Part shown: piece after piece, positions 10,065 through 18,227 of the stretch
Layout of the letters: each line of letters begins with the position of its first letter
Numbering within the stretch: the stretch's first letter is position 1
Source of the DNA: Lachnospiraceae bacterium
GTDB taxonomy: Bacteria; Bacillota; Clostridia; Lachnospirales; Lachnospiraceae
Assembly: GCA_024681985.1 (NCBI GenBank)
Contig: JAIKZU010000112.1
Coordinates: 1-59,116, forward strand
Length of the DNA stretch: 59,116 bases
Direction: 5' to 3'
Notes under the pieces: model-generated
Database searches by the model: none
What the model was told of the DNA's origin: nothing
Seen by the model: only the letters and a program-made list of their open reading frames with translations
Position numbers and translations under genes: made by a program

Positions 10065-12404
10065 TTACACCACCAAACCGTCGTTTTCTTTGGTTGCCTT
10101 TTGTGACTTCTGACGGGCTTTTCTTCCGCCCGCATTGTCCGGATTCTTTTTAGACTTAATATATACTCTCATCAAAAACCACAGCTCGGTAGCCAGGCAG
10201 ATGGAGGAGTAGGTACCGGTGATGACGCCTGCCAGCAGAGGGAAGGCGAATTCCTGAATGGTATTAACACCCAGGATCAACAGCATGAGTACCATGATGG
10301 CCGTAGTGATGGAGGTGGAGATGGAACGGCTCAAGGTCTGAGAGATACTCTCATTGGCCAGTTTCTCCAAATGCTCCTTGTCATGCTTTGTCAGGCCGTG
10401 GGCATTTTCACGGATACGGTCAAAGATAACGATGGTATCGTTGACGGAATAACCGATCACCGTCAGCATACAGGCGATGAACGCACTGCCTACGGAGATC
10501 CGTGCCAGGGCATATACTGCCAATACCACCAGTACGTCGTGGATCAAAGCGATGATAGCGGAAGAACCGAAACGCAGATCCTTGAATCTAAACCAGATGT
10601 ATAAGAGCATCAAGAATGCTGCCACGATCACGGCGATCAGAGACTGTCTGCGCATCTCCCCACCGATGGTAGAGGAAATGTTCTCCGAAGAGATCTTATC
10701 CTCGGTGACACCGAAGTTTTCTTCAAACATATCGTTTAAGGCTTCACGTTCGGAAAGCTCCAAGGTTCTGGTCTTAAAGATGATGCCGTTTCCATCGTCC
10801 ACCTTTTGGGTCTGAATATCATTGTCTCCCGTGATCTTGGAAACCAAAGGAACGATGTCGGAATCGATCTCGGCCAGAGAATACTCTTTGTCGAAGTTTA
10901 CGGTGGTGGAAGTACCGCCTAAAAACTCCAGGCTGTAGTTTAGCGCCTTTCCGCCGATTCCGTGTACCACCATGCTGGCAACCCCAGCTAAAATGATGAT
11001 GGAGGAAATGGCAAAGAATACCATACGCTTGCCCATGAAATCCAAAACCTTAACCTTCTTTGCCTTTCCGAAGAACTTCGGATCGCGAAGGCCTAATGCA
11101 TATAAGCTGTTTAAGATCCATCTGGTGATCACCAGTGCGGTGAACATGGATAAAAGCACACCGATGGCCAGCGTGATGGCAAAGCCCTTTACGGTACCGG
11201 ATCCCAGAATCCCTAAAACCGCTGCCGCGATCAGTGTGGTGATATTTCCGTCCAGAATGGCAGAAAGTGCCTTTTTGAAACCTGTATCCATGGCAGACTT
11301 TACGTCCTTGCCCATGCCGATCTCTTCACGGATACGCGCGAAAATGATCACGTTGGCATCCACCGCCATACCGATGGAAAGGATGATACCTGCGATACCC
11401 GGAAGGGAAAGGGTAATATCATATAATGAAAGGATGGCGATCATCAGTACCGAATACACACCCAGGGCAAGAGATGCCGCAAGTCCGGGGATCAGATACA
11501 TGATGATCATGAAGATCATAACGATGATGAGACCGATGACTGCCGCCTTAAAGGATGTAGCCAGCGCGTCACTACCCAATGTCGCACCTACGACACGGGA
11601 TTCCAATTCGGTCAGGGTGACGTTTAATCCACCGATCCGGATATAGGAAGCCAGGTCGGATGCCGCATCATAGTCTTCCATACCTTCGATGATGCAGTTG
11701 CCGTCTGTGATGGCTGCATTTACGGAAGGAACGGACACGAACTTATCATCATAGTAAATACCAATGCTCTCACCTGCTGCATAAGCTGCCGTGGTAGCCT
11801 CACCAAAGGCATCCGTACCCTTTTTGTTTAAGGAAATGGATACCACGGGCTTTTGTGCATTGGTGGTGCTGTCGGTCTGATAACCTGCCGTGGCGGATTC
11901 CACTTCAGAACCCGTCAGCACAATATCACCGGATTTCTCCAACTCTTCAATGGTGAAGTTTAACTTATACGCTCCGGTTGCCCCATCATATTCGTAGTTC
12001 TTTGCTCCGCTGTCATTGGTCTCACGGATGAAATACAGATTACCGGGAGATCCCAACTGTTCCAAAAGTGCATTCGCATCTTTGACACCGGGTACCTCTA
12101 CGGTGATACGATCGGTCCCCACGATGTATACGGAACCTTCCGTGGTGGAGTTCTCACCCAGGTCGGAATCCACACGCTGCTGTAATTTGTAGCGCGTATC
12201 CTCCAAGTCTTCGCTGGAGAAGTCTCCCGTCGCCTCATAGGTTACACTGACACCACCTGCCAGATCCAGGCCGAGCTTTAAGCTGTCCTCGCCACCATCT
12301 GCCGTGGCTGAGATCACTTCGGTGGCGTACCACCCCAGCAACCCGATGATTGCCACAATGACGATGAGGCTTAAGATTCCCTGCCACTTCTTCATTCGTT
12401 TCAT
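10065..12404 (-). CDS. secDF: Fused protein translocase subunit SecDF
   Basis: 779 aa. It has a SecD-type periplasmic domain and 6 TM helices, followed by a SecF half (FLGGTSTTVNF...). The SD is AAGGAG. Confidence 0.9.
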   Translation of the reverse strand: MKRMKKWQGILSLIVIVAIIGLLGWYATEVISATADGGEDSLKLGLDLAGGVSVTYEATGDFSSEDLEDTRYKLQQRVDSDLGENSTTEGSVYIVGTDRITVEVPGVKDANALLEQLGSPGNLYFIRETNDSGAKNYEYDGATGAYKLNFTIEELEKSGDIVLTGSEVESATAGYQTDSTTNAQKPVVSISLNKKGTDAFGEATTAAYAAGESIGIYYDDKFVSVPSVNAAITDGNCIIEGMEDYDAASDLASYIRIGGLNVTLTELESRVVGATLGSDALATSFKAAVIGLIIVMIFMIIMYLIPGLAASLALGVYSVLMIAILSLYDITLSLPGIAGIILSIGMAVDANVIIFARIREEIGMGKDVKSAMDTGFKKALSAILDGNITTLIAAAVLGILGSGTVKGFAITLAIGVLLSMFTALVITRWILNSLYALGLRDPKFFGKAKKVKVLDFMGKRMVFFAISSIIILAGVASMVVHGIGGKALNYSLEFLGGTSTTVNFDKEYSLAEIDSDIVPLVSKITGDNDIQTQKVDDGNGIIFKTRTLELSEREALNDMFEENFGVTEDKISSENISSTIGGEMRRQSLIAVIVAAFLMLLYIWFRFKDLRFGSSAIIALIHDVLVVLAVYALARISVGSAFIACMLTVIGYSVNDTIVIFDRIRENAHGLTKHDKEHLEKLANESISQTLSRSISTSITTAIMVLMLLILGVNTIQEFAFPLLAGVITGTYSSICLATELWFLMRVYIKSKKNPDNAGGRKARQKSQKATKENDGLVV

Positions 12405-12489
12405 TCCTTTGTTCTCCTTACTACTTTTTTATTACTTACTCGCATATTTGCGTTATGATGTCACAGATCCGTGTGCACATATCCATGGC

Positions 12490-13857
12490 TCAACTCTGTT
12501 GCGTCGCCGCCTTGATCATAATGGCACATTCGATGCGCTTTTTCTGCAGGGCGCATCCCACATCATAGGTGCCTCGGATATCGCCGGCAAAATGGTAGGC
12601 ATTGGCTGCGCAACCGCCGCTGCAATAGTACTTGGCGAAACAGCTTCTGCACTCTTTTCTGGAGTAGACGTTGCAGCCTTTAAACTCGGTCTGCAGATCT
12701 TTGTTCTCGATGCCCTTGTAGACATCTCCCATTTTAAAGCCTTCATTCCCCACAAACTGATGGCAGGGGTAAAGCTCGCCGCTGGGGGTGACCGCCAGGT
12801 ATTCCGTGCCGCTTCCGCAGCCGCTCAAACGCTTGTATACACAGGGTCCGCCCTCCAGATCGATCATAAAATGGAAAAAGTTAAACTCCCGATCCGTACC
12901 GGCCCGTTCTACCATCTCCCGTGCCAGGGTGTCATACTCTTCAAAAAGCTTGGGCAAATCCTCCTGTCGAAGGGCATAGGCCTCATTCTCCGGAGCTACC
13001 ACCGGCTCCACGGAGATCTGCTTAAACCCCAGATCTGCCAGATGTAAGACATCTTTGGAAAAATCCAGGTTATTCCTCGTAAAAGTACCTCGGGCGTAGT
13101 ATTTGTTCTGCCCGCGGCTTTCGGCAAACTTTAAAAACTTCGGGAGCACCACATCATAACTTCCGTCTCCCCGTTGGAAGGGCCGCATCATGTCATGGAC
13201 TTCCTTTCGCCCGTCGATACTTAAGACCACGTTGTCCATCTCTTTGTTGGCAAAATCCATCACCTCGTCGTTTAATAAAACGCCGTTTGTGGTCAACGTA
13301 AAACGGAAGTGCTTATCATGATCTTTTTCCAACTGCCGGCCATAAGCCACCAGATCCTTTACCACCTGAAAGTTTAGCAGTGGTTCTCCTCCGAAAAAGT
13401 CCACCTCCAGATTCCTTCGGCTTCCGGAATTTTCTACCAGAAAATCCAAAGCGGCTTTTCCCACTTCAAAGGGCATGAGTTCCGCTTTTTTCCCGTGATA
13501 TAATCCCTCTTCCGCAAAACAGTATTTGCAGGAAAGATTACAGTCATGGGCGATGTGCAGGCACAGAGCCTTTACCACCGTGGGACGCTTGGTATAATCG
13601 ATGACGCGGTCTTCGTATTCGTCCTTGGTAAACAGATCACCGGCCTCCTCTAAGGCACGGATCTCCTCATACGCTTCATCGATCTCCTCTTCGGGGACCT
13701 TCGGGTACTTTTCTTTGATCTCTTTTACGATATCAGCTTTTGAAGAAGTCTCATACGAAGCGATCATGTCATAGGTGATGTCATCCACCACATGGATCGC
13801 ACCGCTTTCCACATCCAGCACAATGTTGTATCCATTGTTCCTGTATTGGTGTATCAT
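12490..13857 (-). CDS. scfB: SCIFF-type radical SAM/SPASM peptide maturase (thioether cross-link forming)
   Basis: It has the CxxxCxxC motif (CNLSCKYCF) and a C-terminal Cys-rich SPASM region (CRSCFAKYYCSGGCAANAY). The N-terminus MIHQYRNNGYNIVLDVESGAIHVVDD is typical of SCIFF maturases. ATG at 13857 lies 5 nt after AGGAG. A SCIFF precursor lies directly upstream. Confidence 0.85.
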   Translation of the reverse strand: MIHQYRNNGYNIVLDVESGAIHVVDDITYDMIASYETSSKADIVKEIKEKYPKVPEEEIDEAYEEIRALEEAGDLFTKDEYEDRVIDYTKRPTVVKALCLHIAHDCNLSCKYCFAEEGLYHGKKAELMPFEVGKAALDFLVENSGSRRNLEVDFFGGEPLLNFQVVKDLVAYGRQLEKDHDKHFRFTLTTNGVLLNDEVMDFANKEMDNVVLSIDGRKEVHDMMRPFQRGDGSYDVVLPKFLKFAESRGQNKYYARGTFTRNNLDFSKDVLHLADLGFKQISVEPVVAPENEAYALRQEDLPKLFEEYDTLAREMVERAGTDREFNFFHFMIDLEGGPCVYKRLSGCGSGTEYLAVTPSGELYPCHQFVGNEGFKMGDVYKGIENKDLQTEFKGCNVYSRKECRSCFAKYYCSGGCAANAYHFAGDIRGTYDVGCALQKKRIECAIMIKAATQQS

Positions 13858-13940
13858 AAAAACTCCTAAAAAAACGCACAAACGACCGAGCGTAAAAAGC
13901 CCGGCCTGTGAACTTGTATTTTGTTGTTTAATCGGTGCAC

Positions 13941-13971
13941 GGAGAAATGCTCCTTAACGTCGCATTTCTTC
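13941..13971 (-). promoter_or_regulatory. Intercistronic hairpin between the SCIFF precursor and its maturase
   Basis: The minus-strand RNA GAAGAAAUGC-N11-GCAUUUCUCC pairs at 9 of 10 positions. No U-tract follows the stem. Confidence 0.4.
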
Positions 13972-14028
13972 GTGAAAGTTCGACCTTTTAAGTTTTCATC
14001 TTCGCTACGCTCGACGAAAGACTTGGTC

Positions 14029-14166
14029 TCACTTTTCGCAGCTCTGATTTCCTACGGTGCAGCTTGTCTTGCAAGCAGACTGGCAGGAAGTCTGGCACTC
14101 ACCGCAACCACCCTTCTTAACGGTGTTCTGTAATCTCTTTGTATTTAATGTCTTGATATGCTTCAT
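14029..14166 (-). CDS. scfA: SCIFF (six cysteines in forty-five residues) ranthipeptide precursor, 45 aa
   Basis: Hand translation of the minus strand gives MKHIKTLNTKRLQNTVKKGGCGECQTSCQSACKTSCTVGNQSCEK, followed by TGA. It has exactly 6 Cys in 45 aa. The SD is GAAGGAGG, 5 nt upstream of the ATG. The ORF is below the size cut-off of the ORF track. Confidence 0.85.
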   Translation of the reverse strand: MKHIKTLNTKRLQNTVKKGGCGECQTSCQSACKTSCTVGNQSCEK

Positions 14167-14192
14167 AAAAGCCTCCTTCATCCATCATGTAT

Positions 14193-14217
14193 CGTTGAAA
14201 TCATACGGTTTTCAACG
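14193..14217 (-). promoter_or_regulatory. 5-prime UTR hairpin of the scfA transcript
   Basis: Perfect 8-bp stem CGTTGAAA/TTTCAACG (14193-14200 and 14210-14217) between the predicted -10 and the SD. Confidence 0.45.
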
Positions 14218-14230
14218 AATGAACGGTCGT

Positions 14231-14259
14231 ATTATACCATATACTTTTTTAAATAGAAA
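14231..14259 (-). promoter_or_regulatory. Sigma-A type promoter with an extended -10 for scfA
   Basis: On the minus strand: TTTCTA, 17 nt, then TGG-TATAAT. The TATAAT is the reverse complement of 14231-14236. Confidence 0.5.
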
Positions 14260-14278
14260 GTAGTTTTTTTGGGGTGCA

Positions 14279-14306
14279 GGGGGTGGGTGAGCCACCCCCG
14301 TTTTTT
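14279..14306 (+). terminator. GC-rich hairpin whose T-tract lies on the plus strand only
   Basis: GGGGGTGG-GTGAG-CCACCCCC followed by GTTTTTT on the plus strand. On the minus strand the hairpin is followed by an A-run, although the flanking genes are on the minus strand. Confidence 0.4.
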
Positions 14307-15176
14307 AGGGTTCTACTACATTAAAGCTTCCTCTGTTTCCTCCGGAAGAACTGCTTAAGTTCTCCACCAAAGCGTCAAACTTCGCTGTATCACCGGTGAT
14401 CTCCGCATTTCTGACAAACTCGTCACCCGCACCTGCGATCAACTGGAGGATCTGCTTGCTGATGCATTTTACCGTCACATCTCCGCCTTCCTTCGGCGGA
14501 TACTTTGCATACATCAGCGTTCCGTAACGCACGTATAAGGTGTAGACCTCATAGGTGTCCAAGATATCAAATACGATGGTATAGTTCTCATCCTTGATCT
14601 TCTCTTTATCCACCATGATCCCCATATAATCAAAGGCCATCTCCGGTGTGAGGTTCACCATGATGTCTCTGGCAAACTGCTTGTTGCCGGGAAGATTTGC
14701 CGTCTGGTTTCCGTTCCGAAGTTCCATGGCCGCTGTCAGATAACAGTTTCGCCATGTGCCGGACTCCGCCTGGTATCCCAGCTGCTCCAAAGCATCAGCA
14801 CAGAGGTTTCTGGCCTCGGTATTCTCCGGATCCGCAAACACCAGGGTATTGGTAAATTCAGCCACCCACTGGTAATTTCCTTCTTCGTATTCCTTGTGGG
14901 CCTTCTTCATGGCCTTGTCCACGCCACCAGTTCCAGTTCCTCCGGGGCGTCGATCAAGCCTCTGTTGGCATTGTCCCACTCACTCTTATCCGTAAAATCC
15001 AATTTGTCATACCAGGCCTGATTAGCAGCTTTGGTATGCTCCGTGGCGGGATTTCCGCCGGTAGAACCTGTCATATCCTGAGATCCTCCTTTGCCGCTTT
15101 TCGCACCGCAGCCGCCGAGCACCAGCATCGCCGCCGTGGTCAGAGCCAAGAATACAGCCAGTTTTCTTCTCATCAT
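14305..15176 (-). pseudogene. Alkyl/aryl-sulfatase (SdsA1/YjcS-type) remnant; metallo-beta-lactamase catalytic domain deleted, with a frameshift
   Basis: The upstream ORF encodes a lipoprotein signal (MMRRKLAVFLALTTAAMLVLGGC) and the sulfatase N-terminal region (ATEHTKAANQAWYDKLDFTDKSEWDNANRGLIDAPEELEL). The downstream ORF, in another frame, starts directly in the dimerisation domain (GNYQWVAEFTNTLVFADPENTEARNLCADALEQLGYQAESGTWRNCYLTAAMELRNG) and continues into an SCP2-like C-terminus. The locus is about 0.87 kb, against about 2 kb for intact homologs. Confidence 0.65.
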
Positions 15177-15225
15177 CCATAACCTCCCGTGTTGCTTCAA
15201 GTATTGACACGTTCTACAGTATAAC

Positions 15226-15254
15226 AAAAAAAATGAGCCCCGAAAACGGGGCTC
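15226..15254 (-). terminator. Rho-independent terminator of the reductase/SDR/hydrolase operon
   Basis: GAGCCCCG-AAAA-CGGGGCTC (15235-15254), followed on the minus strand by ATTTTTTTT. Confidence 0.75.
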
Positions 15255-15287
15255 ACCACGCCACCACCGTTTCCGAGGCTCGCTATT

Positions 15288-17333
15288 TTATTTTAGGTAT
15301 ACTGTCGTATTGGCTACCGTCATAAGGGTCATGAGGATCGCATTTAAAAATGCGGGTGTCCAAACATTTCCCGTCCGCTTATACAATGCTCTCGACAGGA
15401 TCGCTGCGATGGCAAGGGTAGGTACCATTGCAACCAGAACGATTCCGGAAAGCGCCGCATTGGGATGTGCTGCCACGCCTGTTGCGAACAGCGTGCCGTA
15501 CTGGCGGATCAGCCACAGGAAGATCCCTCCCGCATTCATGGCCATAGCCAGGAAATATCCCTTTACTCCTGCGAGGCTCTCCGTATGTGTATTTACGAAG
15601 ATGGACGCCGAGGAGATCAGGTAAAACAGGAAGAACGTAGGCAGATACTTAAGCACTGCCGGCAGGATATTCGCATCAAAGGTTTTAAACGCAAAAGTCC
15701 AGATCCGGAAATCTGCCTTAAATATCGCATCTACGATGAAGAGGCAAAGATACATTACCACTACCGTAAGAACCGCCACACACAGGGATGCGATCACGGT
15801 CTTTACCGGCACCTTAATGCCGTAATCAGCCAGTCCCGCACCGCCTTTCGCCTTATTGGCTACAAACACCACGCTCATCACCAGAAGGGAAATAAATGCT
15901 GCGGCGATGGTCCAATATGCGATATTGTTTACCGCCGGCGCAACCCACACCGTCAGGTTCTGATACATGGGGATCTTTGTCACCAAAGCCAACAGGATAC
16001 CGCTTACCAGCACAAAGCAGCTGCCTGCGCGAAAGGCCTTTTTATTCTCCTTTTCAGTTCCGGCATAGAAAAGCCCAACTGCGCCGCTTACGGCAAGGGC
16101 GATGGCCAGATACCGAAGGATCGTAAGTCCCGGTCCCGTCACATTGGCATCCCAAAGTGCTTCAAAGAAGATGGCCGGAAGCAACAGCGCTACCAGTAAT
16201 ACTGCAAAATTTGCAAACTTTGCGCCGGCATTTGCTGCAGCCTTTTGAGGAGCGATCAGATCGATCTTTGCTTCTTTTAAGAAAGGAAGCTCCATCAAAA
16301 GCATGGCAACAGGCACGATGGCCATTACAAAACCGATCAATGCGATCAGTTCAAAGAACTCTTTTAACATCCATACCTGGGATGTGGGAGATAAATCCTT
16401 GATGCCGTTATTGTACGCGGAAAAAGCTTCCGTATAGAACTGCAGCGCATAGCCCGTGGTAGTCTTTGAAAAATGGTTCCAGGGATGGGTCTGGGAAGGT
16501 TCGTAAATGATCCTCTTTCCGCCATCACTTGTGTCGTACCAGGTATTTGCCTGAGCAGGTGCACTCTGCTGCAGGAAGGTCATTCCGTCAGGAGTGGATA
16601 CATAATCCTTATAACGAACGGTCGCATTGGGATCCTCCGCTTCCGGATCGTTAAAGAAAAACTCATCATAATGTGCAGCTACTTTTCCCATATATCTGCC
16701 GCCGCCGGCCAGATCGGCTGTCGCCGCATCCACACCTACGAGACCGGAATACTGGAAATCACTTCCCTCCGTAAGCCCCGCATAGATCTTTCGGAATCCG
16801 TTGGCTGCTGCATCCTGTTCATCCATAGCCAGCGCCATGGTGGTGGAAAAGCCGCCCATGGAATGTCCCGTCACACCGATGATACCGTTTCCGGCTCCGT
16901 CCTTTAACACATAAGGCTGCTCGTACATATACTGTACCGCATCATACATGGAATGGATCCAGAAGGTGGACCACAGTCCGAAGAAATCCGTTCCGGTGTA
17001 GCTTTCGGGATTCGCCTTGGAATGACCGTGGTCATACATATCCAGTGCCAGGACCACATAGCCTCTACGGCTTAACTCGATGGCATTGGCATCCTGCATC
17101 TCCGCAGAATTCAGATAGCCGTGGGTAACGATCACCGTAGGCTTCGGATTGTCCGCAGACGCATCCTTCGGCATGTACAAAAGTCCGGAAAGTGTACCGG
17201 TCTGTGTATCAAAAGAGATCCTTTTCACCTTTGTGGCAAACATCCCCGTGTTGAACAGCATGGCAAAAAAACTTCCCACCAATATCAGGCAAAGCGCCAC
17301 GCATAATACCTTGATCGTATTTTGCTTTTTCAT
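15288..17333 (-). CDS. Membrane-anchored alpha/beta hydrolase fused to a C-terminal polytopic domain of about 10 TM helices
   Basis: 681 aa. It has an N-terminal signal-anchor, a hydrolase domain (VIVTHGYLNS, nucleophile GHSMGG), and about 360 aa of repeated hydrophobic helices. Confidence 0.7.
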   Translation of the reverse strand: MKKQNTIKVLCVALCLILVGSFFAMLFNTGMFATKVKRISFDTQTGTLSGLLYMPKDASADNPKPTVIVTHGYLNSAEMQDANAIELSRRGYVVLALDMYDHGHSKANPESYTGTDFFGLWSTFWIHSMYDAVQYMYEQPYVLKDGAGNGIIGVTGHSMGGFSTTMALAMDEQDAAANGFRKIYAGLTEGSDFQYSGLVGVDAATADLAGGGRYMGKVAAHYDEFFFNDPEAEDPNATVRYKDYVSTPDGMTFLQQSAPAQANTWYDTSDGGKRIIYEPSQTHPWNHFSKTTTGYALQFYTEAFSAYNNGIKDLSPTSQVWMLKEFFELIALIGFVMAIVPVAMLLMELPFLKEAKIDLIAPQKAAANAGAKFANFAVLLVALLLPAIFFEALWDANVTGPGLTILRYLAIALAVSGAVGLFYAGTEKENKKAFRAGSCFVLVSGILLALVTKIPMYQNLTVWVAPAVNNIAYWTIAAAFISLLVMSVVFVANKAKGGAGLADYGIKVPVKTVIASLCVAVLTVVVMYLCLFIVDAIFKADFRIWTFAFKTFDANILPAVLKYLPTFFLFYLISSASIFVNTHTESLAGVKGYFLAMAMNAGGIFLWLIRQYGTLFATGVAAHPNAALSGIVLVAMVPTLAIAAILSRALYKRTGNVWTPAFLNAILMTLMTVANTTVYLK

Positions 17334-17349
17334 TTTCTTCTCCCCTTAT

Positions 17350-18207
17350 TTAACGTTTTCTGAGTTTTACCAGATCCGGACCTTTGCCCCCCAGCATGTC
17401 CGCCACACGATCCTTGATGATGGTGGTATAGATCGGGTGTGTCAAAATATAGAAATCCTCATCCTCAATGGCAGTAAACACACGCATGCCCACGGAATCG
17501 ATAGGCATACCCGTCACGATCACGTTCTCTGCGCGCTTCTGTCCCGCATAGAAATCCGGGCTGGTGTAGTAAGGATCGGAATCGTCTCTGTACTGCTCGG
17601 GTCTGTGTCTCTCACAGTGATGCAGATCCGTCTGTACAAAACCGGGGCAGTAAACACTGACCGCAATGTCCGCTCCGATGGCCTGGAGGTCAAAAGAAGT
17701 ACTCTCCGCCAAAGCCACTGCCGCATGCTTTGTGGTGTGATAAGCAGGCATTCCGTTGGAAGTCAAAAGACCTGCCACCGATGCCGTGTTTACGATATGG
17801 CAGTGGGTTTTCTGCTTTAACATGATGGGGATCACCAGCTTCATGAAATATACATGGCTTAACACATTGATGTGGAAGATCCACTCCCAATCCCGTACCG
17901 GCAGTTTCCAAACTTCTCCGGGAACGGCGATACCCGCATTGTTCATCAAAAGGTCAATCTGCCCGTATTTTTCCATTACCTGATCCACAACCTTTTGAGC
18001 CTCTTCAAACTTCGTCAGATCCGCTTCGATGGCGATGATATCACCGCCGGCTGCTTTGATCTCTTCTGCCACCGCATTTACTTCGGTGCCCTCGATATCC
18101 ACCGCTGCGATCTTCATTTTTCTGGCACAGGCTTCCTTGACGAATTCTTTTCCGAATCCGTTGGCAGCACCTGTGATCAGGGCTACTTTATTTTCAAATT
18201 CTTTCAT
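17350..18207 (-). CDS. Short-chain dehydrogenase/reductase (SDR)
   Basis: 285 aa with the cofactor motif ITGAANGFGKEF, NNAG, and the catalytic YxxxK (YHTTKHA). Confidence 0.85.
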   Translation of the reverse strand: MKEFENKVALITGAANGFGKEFVKEACARKMKIAAVDIEGTEVNAVAEEIKAAGGDIIAIEADLTKFEEAQKVVDQVMEKYGQIDLLMNNAGIAVPGEVWKLPVRDWEWIFHINVLSHVYFMKLVIPIMLKQKTHCHIVNTASVAGLLTSNGMPAYHTTKHAAVALAESTSFDLQAIGADIAVSVYCPGFVQTDLHHCERHRPEQYRDDSDPYYTSPDFYAGQKRAENVIVTGMPIDSVGMRVFTAIEDEDFYILTHPIYTTIIKDRVADMLGGKGPDLVKLRKR

Positions 18208-18227
18208 TGTCCCTTTGCTCCTTTCTC

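Noticed and set aside
12490-15227. A functional link between the anSME-like radical SAM enzyme and the neighbouring sulfatase remnant.
   Set aside because: - The radical SAM enzyme has its own SCIFF substrate directly upstream.
- The sulfatase remnant is of the metallo-beta-lactamase (alkyl sulfatase) class, which does not use a formylglycine residue and needs no maturase.
- The adjacency looks coincidental.
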